A stretch of 64,000 nucleotides of DNA. Source: Eledone cirrhosa. Lineage: Eukaryota. Numbering within the stretch: the first letter of the stretch is position 1; each line of letters starts with the position of its first letter. The translations under genes were made by a program, and so were the position numbers. The stretch is taken from assembly GCA_964016885.1 (NCBI GenBank), contig OZ024754.1, positions 35,774,001 to 35,838,000 of the forward strand, written 5' to 3'. This document shows, in pieces, positions 1-13,856 of this stretch. Under the pieces are notes generated by a model, which saw only the letters and a program-made list of their open reading frames with translations, made no database searches and was not told where the DNA came from.

Positions 1-163
1 AAAACAAGGACGAGTGGTTACTCCTTCATTACGTTTATTGGTTGGTGACGCGCGTTTCGCCACTGATTAGCTCAAGGTTCGATCTGTATCGATCTAGCCC
101 GACTCTGTAATCAACGGCTCGTAGAGACCCTTTTGATGGTAATGATAAAATATATATATAAAT

Positions 164-365
164 ATATGAAAATAGTCAGGACCGACGGCTGAGCTCCGGC
201 CGTTTCGACAGCTAGATGCGAACTGCTCGGATTTAGCTGTCAAAATGGCCGAAGCTCAGCCGTCGGGGTCCTGATTCTTTTCATATTATCCACTCAACTA
301 CTCTAAGTATTGATTAATCTGGTGCGTTATGGTCGATTGGTATCTTACCACGCCCTCTTTGTTAT
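164..365. mobile_element. Fold-back mini-element family 2
   Basis: Hairpin 164-286 (GACCGACGGCTGAGCT..AGCTCAGCCGTCGGGGTC) plus tail; relatives at 8100-8300, 11830-11970 and 18338-18395. Confidence 0.65.
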
Positions 366-459
366 ATATATTTCCCCACCACCAGCACCCCGCTCTCAAG
401 AGCGTGAAACTAATAAACCTTTGTTCGTACTGCCTCTGTTTTGTTCCCGTTCAATTTTT

Positions 460-497
<38 letters not shown>

Positions 498-697
498 GGG
501 GTAACAAATTATTGTTATAGATAGTCCACTTCTCACAAGCTCCGGTGAATTGATTGGTTATAACTTTGTATTGGCGATCGAGTAACGTGAAAATAAGCGG
601 ATAGCGATCTCTAGACCTACCAGTTCAGAGAAACAATTGTCAGCAATGAGATTAAAAACCTTTTTTGTATAACAAACCGTGTCACTCTTCTTTCCTG

Positions 698-750
<53 letters not shown>

Positions 751-758
<8 letters not shown>

Positions 759-1076
759 CAAGGAAAAGCAAATAAAGAAAAAAATTTAAAATAAATTTCA
801 AAAATTTCACTGTACTTACTATAAGTGCCTTTACCGCGGTTTCAGATCCCAAAACAAATAGATAATCCCAGCGGATTTCCATTGATAAAGAGATCCTCGT
901 CCTTATACAGTGAATTTTTTAAAATTTATTTTAAAATGTTTTCTTTATTTGATTTTCCTTGATTTTATATGTTCTGGCTTGTTAATTTATTAACTTTACA
1001 TTGAACCACACTGGCATACGGTCGGACTATACTTGTATCCCTATGTGTATTGTTTACATGCAGGAACACATACTTT

Positions 1077-1080
<4 letters not shown>
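751..1080. mobile_element. TA-embedded element with ~60-bp inverted arms and a tail (family 3)
   Basis: Arms 751-814 and 906-969 are reverse complements of each other. Confidence 0.55.
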
Positions 1081-1107
<27 letters not shown>

Positions 1108-1147
1108 GAGGAAAGGTATTTAGAACACTGGTTTAACCGCTTTACTT

Positions 1148-1184
1148 CCCTCCGAAGAAGAGATATTATCTCGAAAATTAAGGA
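1148..1184 (+). ncRNA. Minimal hammerhead-like motif (U4C variant)
   Basis: CCT-CCGAAGA-A-GAGAT(ATT)ATCTC-GAAA-AT-TA-AGG, followed by AATAAA, beside a TA tract. Confidence 0.45.
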
Positions 1185-1300
1185 CATTTAAATAAATCTA
1201 AGGTAAAAGACTAATTGTCAACAATATCTTTTGCATTTGCATTCTTTATTCTATGTCCATACCTGCATTGTTTTGGCTTTATTATACATATACAAACGTT

Positions 1301-1331
<31 letters not shown>

Positions 1332-1374
1332 AGACACACACACACACACACAGACATACACACACATACACACT

Positions 1375-1465
<91 letters not shown>

Positions 1466-2016
1466 GATGGTCATATGATTTTCATATGCACATATGATTT
1501 TCACTTTATCTTTATTACAAGATATTCGTTAGTTCGTCAAAGTTCTTTCGTCACACATTCTGTGACCTCCTTAATAACCATCTGTTCTCTTTATTACCTC
1601 CACTTCTTATCGATTGTTTCGCTCAGCTGGAACAAAAGGATGACGCTGGTCATCTAACACCTGGTGCTTATGAGGCTGTTTGCTTGCAAACAGACCGAGT
1701 ATTAATAATTATTTCTACTTTTGGCACTAGGCCAGAAATTACCCCAGTGCATTACTGGTACTTTATTATATCAACCCCGTAATGATGAAAGGCAAAGTGC
1801 AAAGTTATCCACGACGGGATTTGATTAATAATATGATATTATTGGGGTTAACTTTGCCTTTCATCCTTACGGGGTCGATAAAATAAAGTACCAGTAATGT
1901 ACTGGGTAATTGCTGGCCTTGTGCCAAAAGTAGAAACAATTATTATAATATTATTATTCACTCACGAATATATATATATATATATATATATATGTGTCTA
2001 TACACACACATAGTCA

Positions 2017-2065
<49 letters not shown>

Positions 2066-2107
2066 ACACACACACACACACATACATACATATACACACA
2101 CACACAT

Positions 2108-2141
<34 letters not shown>

Positions 2142-2901
2142 GTATATTTATTTATATATACAGAGAGAGAGAGAGAGAGAGAGAGAGGGGAGGGAGAGAG
2201 AAGGAGAGAGACAGACTGAGAGAGATGTTATTTATATATATATATTTATATATTTATATATACACAGAGGGAGAGAGAAGGGTGGGGCAAGAGAGAGTGT
2301 GTGGAGAGCGAGAGAGAGAGAGTGAGAGGTAAAGAAAGACAGACAGACAGAGAGAGAGGAGGGAGAGAAAGACAGACAGACCGAGGGAGATGTTATTTGT
2401 TGCAGATGGACGCTTCTGGCTTCACGCCTCATTTCTCTTCATTTATATTGTTTTACCTTGTTTTGAGGGTTATTATGGTTTTTTTTTACATGTTTTTGTT
2501 GTTTCTTTTATTTGTTGTTGTTGTTGTTGTTGTTTCTTTTATTTGCTGGTGTTGTTGTTGTTGTTTCTTTTATTTGCTGGTGTTGTTGTTGTTGTTGTTG
2601 TTGTTTCTTTTATTTGCTGTTGTTGTTGTTTCTTTTATTTGTTGTTGTTGTTGTTGCTTTTATTTGTCTCCATATAATTAGATCAGTGATGTGGAAACTT
2701 GAGCCGATGTTTTCATCTCTCTCTCTTGCCCTCCACCCCCTCTCTCTCTCACTCTCTCTTTCTCTCTCTCTCTCTCCCCTCTCTCCCCCTCTCTCTTTCT
2801 GTCACTCTCTCTATATCTCTCTTTTTTTCCCTGCTTCTATCTAGATTGGTTCTCTTGCCTTACGGTTATATATATATATATATATATAGGTGTATATATA
2901 T

Positions 2902-2958
<57 letters not shown>

Positions 2959-2964
2959 TGTGTA

Positions 2965-3020
<56 letters not shown>

Positions 3021-3053
3021 TGTGTATATATATATATATATATACATATATAC

Positions 3054-3121
<68 letters not shown>

Positions 3122-3147
3122 ACATATATATATATATACATATATAC

Positions 3148-3248
<101 letters not shown>

Positions 3249-3393
3249 AATACATATATATATACATATATACATACACACATAGTAAAGAGAGAGAGAG
3301 AGAGAGTGTAAGAGAAAGGAAGAGATAGATAGAAAGTAGAACGAGAGCGGGAGGAAAAGTGCTGTCTGCGGGTGGTGGTGAGAGGAGGGGGTG

Positions 3394-4062
3394 CACCTCA
3401 ACGACTGGCTGCACCAGTGGCACATCTAGTGTGACACCTCAACGACTGGCTGCACCAGTGGCACATCTAGAGTGGCACCTCAACGACTGGCTACACCAGT
3501 GGCACATCTAGTGTGACACCTCAACGACTGGCTGCACCAGTGGCACATCTAGTGTGACACCTCAACGACTGGCTACACCAGTGGCACATCTAGTGTGACA
3601 CCTCAACGACTGGCTACACCAGTGGCACATCTAGTGTGACACCTCAATGACTGGCTACACCAGTGGCACATCTAGAGTGGCACCTCAACGACTGGCTGCA
3701 CCAGTGGCACATCTAGTGTGACACCTCAACGACTGGCTACACCAGTGGCACATCTAGTGTGACACCTCAACGACTGGCTACACCAGGGGCACATCTAGAG
3801 TGGCACCTCAACGACTGGCTACACCAGTGGCACATCTAGAGTGACACCTCAACGACTGGCTGCACCAGTGGCACATCTAGTGTGACACCTCAACGACTGG
3901 CTACACCAGTGGCACATCTAGTGTGACACCTCAACGACTGGCCTCACCAGTGGCACATCTAGAGTGGCACCTCAACGACTGGCCTCACCAGTGGCACATC
4001 TAGAGTGGCACCTCAACGACTGGCTACACCAGGGGCACATCTAGTGTGACACCTCAACGACT
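3394..4062. repeat. 41-bp minisatellite, ~16 copies
   Basis: CACCTCAACGACTGGCT(A/G)CACCAGTGGCACATCTAG(T/A)GTG(A/G). Confidence 0.95.
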
Positions 4063-4094
4063 ACCAGCGACCCCAGCGACCCAACGACTAATCA

Positions 4095-4805
4095 TCACCA
4101 CCGCTACTACTACCACAACTACCACCACCACCACCACTACCACAATCATCACAATTGTTACCACTACCACCACCACTACACTACCACCACCGCTACCACT
4201 ACCACCAGCACCACTACCACCATTACTACCACCACCACTACCACTACCGCTATCACTACCACCACCACCACCACTACCACCACTACTTCCACCACCACCA
4301 CCGCCACTACCACCACCACAACCACAAACAACACCACCACCACCACCACCAGCACCACCACCACCACCACCACTAACACCACCACCACCACCATCACCAC
4401 CACCACCATCACAACCACCACCACCACCACCACTACCATCACCACCACCACCACCACCACCACTACCACTACTACCACCACCATCACCACCACCACCACT
4501 ACCATCACCACCACCACCACCACCTCTACCACCACCACCACCATTACCACCACAACGACCACCACCAACACCACCACCACCACCACCACCACCACCACCA
4601 CTACCATCACCACCACCACCACCACCACCACCACCACCACTTCCACCATCCTCACCACCACCACTACCACCACTACCACCACCACCACCACCACCACCAT
4701 CACCACTACTACCACCACCACCAGCACTACCACCACCACCACTACCACCACCACCACCATCACCACCACCACCACCAACAACACCACCATCATTACTACC
4801 ACCAA
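4095..4805. repeat. (ACC)n/(ACT) trinucleotide tract
   Basis: Directly visible. Confidence 0.95.
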
Positions 4806-6214
4806 AAGTATCTCCAACATTACTACTATTAAATGTAAAGAATCAGTTATTGTATTGATTAAAATCAATCGCCTTTACCTCCAATGCCATCATCAATATC
4901 GATGACTGGCGATCCGAGACGGAAACCAGTCAACGGATTATTGAGTTCGTTCTTCCCTATTTGCATGTGTTTGACAAGGATTACAGCATACCCCTGTTAC
5001 ACGAAGCGTGAAGTGAGTTATTGAGAGCGTAAATAACCGCCCCCCGCCCTTCTCACACCTGCTCGATGTGATACTAGTTTTATCACACAGTTGTAACTCA
5101 CCTGTGTGAAGGTGCATGGCTTAGTGGTTAGAGCATTGGGCTTGCAATCGAAAGATTGCAAGTTCGATTCTCGGACTGGGTGATATGTTGTGTCCTTGAG
5201 CAAGACACTTTATTTTCACGTTGCTCCAGTTTACTCAGCTGTAGAAATGAGTTGCCATCCTGCCAAATCAATGGGTGGCAGTAGTTCCAGCTGCACACAT
5301 CGAAAGACTGGTGTAGTGGTTCTGAGAACAATGCGGCTTTGCAGATGATCAATGTAAATTGAGAATGGAAAGGTGTTCCCACTCGAGTTAGAAGAGAACT
5401 ATTGACCTTCAGGAGAAACAGCGACCCCTGATTGTATTCAGCAACCGAAACAAATATGAAGTACACCAAATCCAATGTTCCTAGCGGCGGCCCTGGTTCT
5501 TCTTATTTTGCGAGTGTAAACTCGGTCAGATTAGATTAGATAGTAACTCATCCATTGAAATCTAGCAGCGTGAAATTAAGTGTCTTGCTCAAGGGTACAA
5601 TGTATAATTCGGTGTGGCAATTGAAATTATGACCACGAAATTGAAATTACGAGACGACGAAATATTGACCTGCTAGAAATACCACCCAAATCTTCGTCAG
5701 ATCAAACTATTTCCTTCTAAGCCATCAGGATGACTAACGCCTCCTGGGGACGTATTTTGCCATGGAATTTCCTTAGAAGTATATTATATATACAGATCGA
5801 TCGACAAGATCCCAGACTTCATTCGCTTAACGAGTAGGGGGGAGCTCGTCAAATCGGACCGAGGAAACAATGTTTCCATTGGTCTTTCCAATTACTAATA
5901 CAAGAAGGAGCAACGTAAAATAAATATTCTCGCTCAAAGACATAACTCATTGCCTGGTCCGGGAATCGAAATCACAACCTCACGATTGAGAATCCAATTC
6001 TCTAACCACTAAGCCGCGCAACTGCATACAAAGGTATATATTGATGCAATCTGGATATACTGGGGCTGATTGAAATGAGATGGATAGGGAGTCACGCTTC
6101 ATCGTGAAGGAGTAATCATCTTGTACTCAGGACATACAGAACATCACCGAAGTGGTGTCTGCATTCTACCGAGGGAAAAAAGCTGCTAAAGTATTTATTG
6201 CATAGGTCCCTGTA

Positions 6215-6585
6215 GGAGGGTCGGCTGAAAAGTTCATAAGCTGACCAAGATACTCTCATGGAATAACCAAATGAGGTTTATTTTTCAACATAGTCCCTGG
6301 AAAGAAACAATACAGTTATTAATAAGAAAAGTTTAAATTAATTGTTTCTACTTTTGGCACAAGGCCAGCAATTACCCAGTGCATTACTGGTACTTTATTC
6401 TATCGACCCCGGAAGGATGAAAGGCAAAGTTAACCTCGGCGGGATTTGAACTCAGATCATACAGGGCCGTAACTCTATGCGTCAAAGCATGGCGTCCGAC
6501 CCTCTACCGATACTGCCAATCCACAATGCCTGCAAGATTCAATCCTTCATAGCCCGCCTATGGACTTTTAGCCGATCCTCGGTAA
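6215..6585. mobile_element. mariner-type MITE with a nested SINE A (fragments at 28488-28640 and 56525-56605)
   Basis: GAGGGTCGGCTGAAAAGTTCATA ... TATGGACTTTTAGCCGATCCTC inverted ends. Confidence 0.7.
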
Positions 6586-6694
6586 CTAATGTATCATAAC
6601 AGCCCCTTTCACAGACCAGGCAGGCGAAAGTGAGGTGTAAGCCCCTGCAGAGTTAGCAAATAAAGAGGATTCAAATGGACACTTCTTCTTAGTT

Positions 6695-6870
6695 CTTCTT
6701 CTTCGTCATCATCTTCTTCATCATCATCATCATCATCATCATCATTATCATCTTCATCTTCATCATCTTCATCATCATCGTCATCATCATCATCATCATC
6801 ATCGTCATCATCATCGTCATCATCATCTTCATCATCATCGTCATCATCATCATCATCTTCATCATCATCG

Positions 6871-6908
<38 letters not shown>

Positions 6909-6953
6909 TTCATCATCTTCATCATCATCATCTTCATCATCACCATCTTCATC

Positions 6954-6987
<34 letters not shown>

Positions 6988-7105
6988 CCATCATCGTCAT
7001 CATCATCATCATCACCATCACCACCATCATCATCATCCCCATCACCATCTTCTTCTTCTTCTTCTTCTTCTTCTTCTTCTTCTTCTTCTTCTTCTTCTTC
7101 TTCTT
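6695..7105. repeat. (TCA)n/(TCT)n tract
   Basis: Directly visible; contiguous with a LINE tail. Confidence 0.95.
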
Positions 7106-7305
7106 CACCCACTTAATCCTGGGAAGTTCGCAGGGGCAGAGTCCTCAACTCAAACACTCCTTCCAGTACGGGTCCTGTCAGAAGCAACCATCTCCAACTG
7201 ATCCAGCTGGATCCCCAAGCGAGACCAGCCAAGTTCATGGCTGTTATCCAACCATCTTACTTGCAGGGGGTCTACCCCGGGTCTACCCCGGGTATCCTAC
7301 CGGTT
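7050..7305 (-). mobile_element. RTE (Expander/Rex3-like) LINE 3' end with (GAA)n tail; second copy at 21345-21590
   Basis: Minus strand [30 protein letters not shown]. Confidence 0.7.
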
Positions 7306-7761
7306 TGTAGAAACAAAAAATAAAATAAAATGAAAATAAAAAAAAATGTGGTCCGATCACTCCCTTTACATTCCTTTGGGTAGTTTGAATGTAGCATTGC
7401 GGAAGGGTTAAGAGGTTCACTTCGCAATCATAAGGTGGGGTTTCGATCTCACTGAGTGGCATGTTTGGAAAGCGTCGTGTACTTTATATAGCTTTGGGTT
7501 GATCTAAACATGTGAAATTGGGTAGGCGGAGACTGTTTGGAAGTCCGTCGAATATACTATCACTGTTAGTCAACACACTGAATCTACCCGAATCTACCTG
7601 AATCTGCCTGGGAATTACCTTAAAGGTACACGTGTCTGTGGAATGCTCAGCCACTTGCACGTTAATTTCATAAGCAGGTTGTTCCATTGATCATATACAA
7701 ACATACCTATGCATTTACACACACACACACACAAATACACACACATGCAAACACAGACACA

Positions 7762-7821
<60 letters not shown>

Positions 7822-7934
7822 TACACACACACACATACACACCATACTCATTCATACACGCAAATTATAATTATCTTCATCAATCTCAATGCTTTCGTCA
7901 TCTCCGGCTTCTACTTCATCACCATCTCCGTGGT

Positions 7935-8391
<457 letters not shown>

Positions 8392-8393
8392 AT

Positions 8394-8439
<46 letters not shown>

Positions 8440-8461
8440 ATATATATATATACTGTATGTA

Positions 8462-8499
<38 letters not shown>

Positions 8500-8562
8500 C
8501 ACATACATACACACAAATATATATATATATACATATATATATATACATACATACACACACAA

Positions 8563-8617
<55 letters not shown>

Positions 8618-8632
8618 CATATATATGTCTGT

Positions 8633-8672
<40 letters not shown>

Positions 8673-8964
8673 ACATACAAAAATATACGCACATACTCAA
8701 CACCATGATACAAACATACCAACACAAACATACCAACACAAACACAGACACACACACACACACACGTACACACGCACACACACGTACACACACATACATA
8801 CAAACATCTTTTATATTGGCTTTGTGAAGCCTAGAAGTGACCTTACTGTGTTGTTGCCAGAATTGATGGGAGTTTGGGTGAAGAGCCAAAAGCTGTAGGT
8901 CTCTGGCAAAATTGCTTACTTTGTGCCAACATCTATGGAAACACAACAAGTCATAACTCACACA

Positions 8965-9880
8965 TGATATAACACAACACAAAACAGTACAACACAACAC
9001 AGCACAACACAACACAGCACAACACAACACAACACAGCAACACAACACAGCACAGCACAACACAACCACAACGCAACACATCCCATCACATCACATCACA
9101 ACATACCACACACATTACAACACAACACGACACAACACACTACACAACACACTACACAACACAACACAACACAACACAGCACAGCACAACAAAGTACAAC
9201 ACATCACATCACAACATACAACACACAGTACAACACAACACAGCACAACAAAATACAACACATCACAGCACATCACAACATACAACACAACAGAACCACA
9301 ACACTCCACAACACAAGACAACCACACCACACTACAACACAACATAACACACCACAACACAACACAACACAACAAGACACAACACAACACAGCACAACAC
9401 GTCACAACAAGACAACACAACACCACACGCCACTCCACAACACAACACGCCACAACATAATACAACACGCCACACCACTCCACATCACACCACACCACAA
9501 CACAACACGCCACAACACAACAAGACACAACACAACACAGCACAACACAACAAGACAACACAACACCACACGCTACAACACAACACGCCACAACATAATA
9601 CAATACGCCACACCACTCCACATCACATCACACCACAACACAACACCATACAACACAATACAATACAACAAGACACAACACTTACAACACGCCACACCAC
9701 TCCACAACACAACAGGCCACTCCACAACACAATACAACACAACACAACACAACACAACACAACACACCACACCACACTACTCCCACAACACAACACAATA
9801 CAACACACGACACACCGCAATACTCCCACAACACACCGCAATACTCCCACAACACGCCACAACACAGACACCACAACTCA
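8965..9880. repeat. Degenerate (ACACA)n pentamer tract
   Basis: Directly visible. Confidence 0.9.
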
Positions 9881-10056
9881 CGTCGCAAGAAAACAAAAAA
9901 ACCTGAGGCTTCAGTAAATTATGCCACGCAGGGGGATTGAACCCGAGACCTTATGATAGCGAAGGCATCTTCTTACCCCTTCTGTCATGCTACGCCCAAC
10001 TTACGTATTTTTTTTTAATTTGAATTCTCTGTATATCGTGTTTTTCTTTTATTTTA

Positions 10057-10376
10057 AACTAGTTGCAGTACCCGGTAATACCCGGGAAAGGTGAGGTTAT
10101 TCGCAATTTCCTCCTCTCTCACTGAAACGCCTACTCTTTCCTCCTCCATTGTAAAGATGTCCTCACGGGTTCCATTATTGGAACACGTGTGTAAAGTTTC
10201 ATCAAGATCGGATCACTGGTGTAGGCGCCAACTGGTTATACACAGATACAGTACACAGATACACAGACAGACAGAAATTGCCATTTATATAGTAGACTAG
10301 CAGAAAACCGCCCACCGAGTGGCTTTCTGCTAGTATATATATATATATTGCACACACAGAAATGTATATATATTTC

Positions 10377-10431
<55 letters not shown>

Positions 10432-11010
10432 CACACACAGAAATGTATATATATTTCTGTGTGTGTATATATATATATATATATATTACACACACAGAAA
10501 TGTATATATATTTCTGTGTGTGTATATATATATATATATATATTACACACACAGAAATGTATATATATTTCTGTGTGTATATATATATATTACACACACA
10601 GAAATGTATATATAGTTCTGTGTGTATATATATATATTTCTGTGTGTGTATATATATATATATTACACACACACAGACATGTATATATGTTTCTGTAGCA
10701 CTCCTCAATTCCCCCCTCTCTCCCTCCCGCTATCCCCCTCTTGTAGTCTGTCTCTTTCTTTCACTCTCACTCTCTCTCTACGCGTGCGCAAAAAACATTC
10801 GCACGCGCGCACGTGTTTTAGCGTCTATTCACTCTCTCTATCTCTCCTTCTCTCCCTCCCGCTATCCCCCTCTCGTAGTTTGTCTCTTTCTTTCACTCTC
10901 ACTCTCTCTCTCTCTACGCGTGCGCAAAAAACATTCGCACGCGCGCACGTGTTTCCACTGTCGGACAGACAGACAGAGAAATTGCTGGTTATATATTATA
11001 AGGAGATGTA
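10057..11010 (+). mobile_element. Two head-to-tail non-autonomous Helitron-like units with internal repeats
   Basis: Both units start ACTAG (10058, 10296) and end ACAGACAGACAG(A)GAAATTGC..TATATA; unit 1 has GTAAAGTTTCATCAAGATCGG. Confidence 0.55.
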
Positions 11011-11414
11011 AGAAGTACTAGCGACTTCCCTTAGTCTGTCATGGCTAACTAGCTCTATACGGACGTTTAAAGTTATTAAAGAAATTTGATAATGTATTTC
11101 TTCTTGTATTCACATGTTAGTCTTATATTGTTTAATAGTTATTCGTTTACTGGTTTCATTCATTAAACTGCGAACTGCGGCCATGCTGTGGCACCGCCTT
11201 CAAGTTATTTATTTAGTCGGATACATTGCCACTACTACTTATTTCTGTCGAGATTGGTATATATTTATCTAACTCAATTTGTCGAACCGCTAGGTTACCT
11301 GACATAATAAAATAATACACGTAAACACTAACGCGAGCACACACACACACACATACACACGCACACACTGACACTCATATATGCATATACATATATATAT
11401 ATGTGTTTGTACGC

Positions 11415-11469
<55 letters not shown>

Positions 11470-11470
11470 C

Positions 11471-11523
<53 letters not shown>

Positions 11524-11533
11524 ATATGTATGC

Positions 11534-11690
<157 letters not shown>

Positions 11691-11691
11691 A

Positions 11692-11831
<140 letters not shown>

Positions 11832-13254
11832 ACAGAGAGGGTGTGGTAAGATACTAGGTGGACCATAACCCACCAGAATACTCAATACTTGGGGTAGTAG
11901 AGTGGGTAATACGAAAAGATTCAGGTCCCCGATGGCTGAGCTTCGGTCGTTTCGACAGCTAAATCCGAACTAAGCCACCTTCGAGTGGTCAGCCAAACTG
12001 ACAGCAACTTGGTCCTCTTGATCACCTTCGAGTTTATTTTGTTTTTTTAGAAACATTCTTATATCCTCTTGGATTGTGTTTACCATAATCCCTTTATTAT
12101 ATAACTATTGTGCAATGTACACCTGATGATGTCACCAGGATCTTACGTAATCTGGACACTGAAATGTATATACTGTTTGCTGAAATAAATCTTTGAAGGA
12201 ATCTCATCAGTCCAACCTCCTGTCATTTTACTCAATAATAACTAACTCCGTTCTCCCACCACAAACAAGATTCAACATCAAAGATGGATGAGTTGAATAA
12301 CGTCGAGTGCTTTTCCTAATATTAAATCATGGTTGGCTATACGAAATGACCAGTTCTATCCAGTGGTGAACCACCTAACTTAAATGAAAACACACACACG
12401 CACATATATATATATATATATAAATATATATATGTGTGTGTGTGTGTGTGTGTTTATATGTGTGAGTATATATCTATTTATGTATATATATATATATAAA
12501 CACACACACACACATCCATTAGGTATTACTAGTTAGGATCAGTAAGACCATAAGTCAACACGAGACTTAAGGAAAGTATAGATATTATTAGTAGCGGTAG
12601 AGGGTCGGACACCATGCTTTGCAGCATAGAGTTACGGTCCTTTACGGTCTGAGTTCAAATCCCGCCGAGATTAACTTTGCCTTTCATCCTTACGGGGTCG
12701 ATAAAATAAAGTACCAGTAATGCACTGAGTTAATTGCTGGCCTTGTGCCAAAAGTAGAAACAATTTTTATAATTTGCTTACGAAGAGGTATGTGCTTAAT
12801 CGTAGGTCAAGGAATCTATAATATACACACACACATATACACACACCCGCCCACATACATACACACACATGCACGTATGTATAACATTCTGATTAAGGTG
12901 GATTGGCAGTATCGGTAGAGGGTTGGACGCCATGCTTTCCAGCATAGTTACGTCCCTTTGCGGTCTGAGTTCAAATCCCGCCGAGGTTAACTTTGCCTTT
13001 CATCCTTACGGGGTCGATAAAATAAAGTACCAGTAATACACTAGAATAATTGCTGGCCTTGTGCCAAAAGTAGAAACAATTATGATTATTTGAAGTTGAT
13101 TACCCTGAAAATTAAGGGTACATAACTCAATAAATCAAACAATATTTACATAATATTTCGGGGAGTTACTTACCCTGTATAATCAGGGGAGATAACCGAA
13201 GATTATTGAATCTAGACTAACAGGTAAACGCAATGTTTATTTTTAAACAGAGGT

Positions 13255-13545
13255 AGGCACTGGCCGGTGTAAAATCAGTCTGCTGGAATTTGCAGACGAT
13301 ATGTTGTTACTTAACTCAACGGATGATGATCTTCAACTTGCACATGATAGATTTGATGCCGAGTGCTGCATGGCTGGAATGCTGCAAAAACCGAGACACG
13401 CGCCCTCTCAAGGAAACCTGCGCAGTGCACTCTACATGTGAATGCAGTTCCGCTGAATCTAGAGAAGTTCAAGTATATCTGGGCCGTGTTTACGAGTGAT
13501 GGAAAGCAAGAGACTGAATTAAGTGCAAGAATTGCAGGAGGTGGT
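13255..13545 (+). mobile_element. RTE-clade LINE reverse transcriptase fragment
   Basis: LLEFADDMLLL..AKTE..LEKFKYI.AVFTSDGK..ELSARI with a frameshift. Confidence 0.8.
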
Positions 13546-13633
13546 GTTTATTTAGTCGACTACAGGATGGGACTTTATTCTATTGACACCATAAGGACGA
13601 AAGGCTAAGGTAACCTAATTGTGTTTTATTTCT

Positions 13634-13664
<31 letters not shown>

Positions 13665-13792
13665 ATGTGTGTGTGTGTATACATTTTATTTACAGTAACA
13701 ATAATATATTTCTTAATTGAATTGGTTATCATTATCGTTTTTATGGCAAAAGATAGACAGAGAGGGAAAGAGATAGACAGGGGGAAAATGTT

Positions 13793-13850
<58 letters not shown>

Positions 13851-13856
<6 letters not shown>

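Noticed and set aside
3394-4062. CRISPR-like appearance of the 41-bp array
   Set aside because: Units are contiguous with no unique spacers, there are no cas genes, and the context is eukaryotic.
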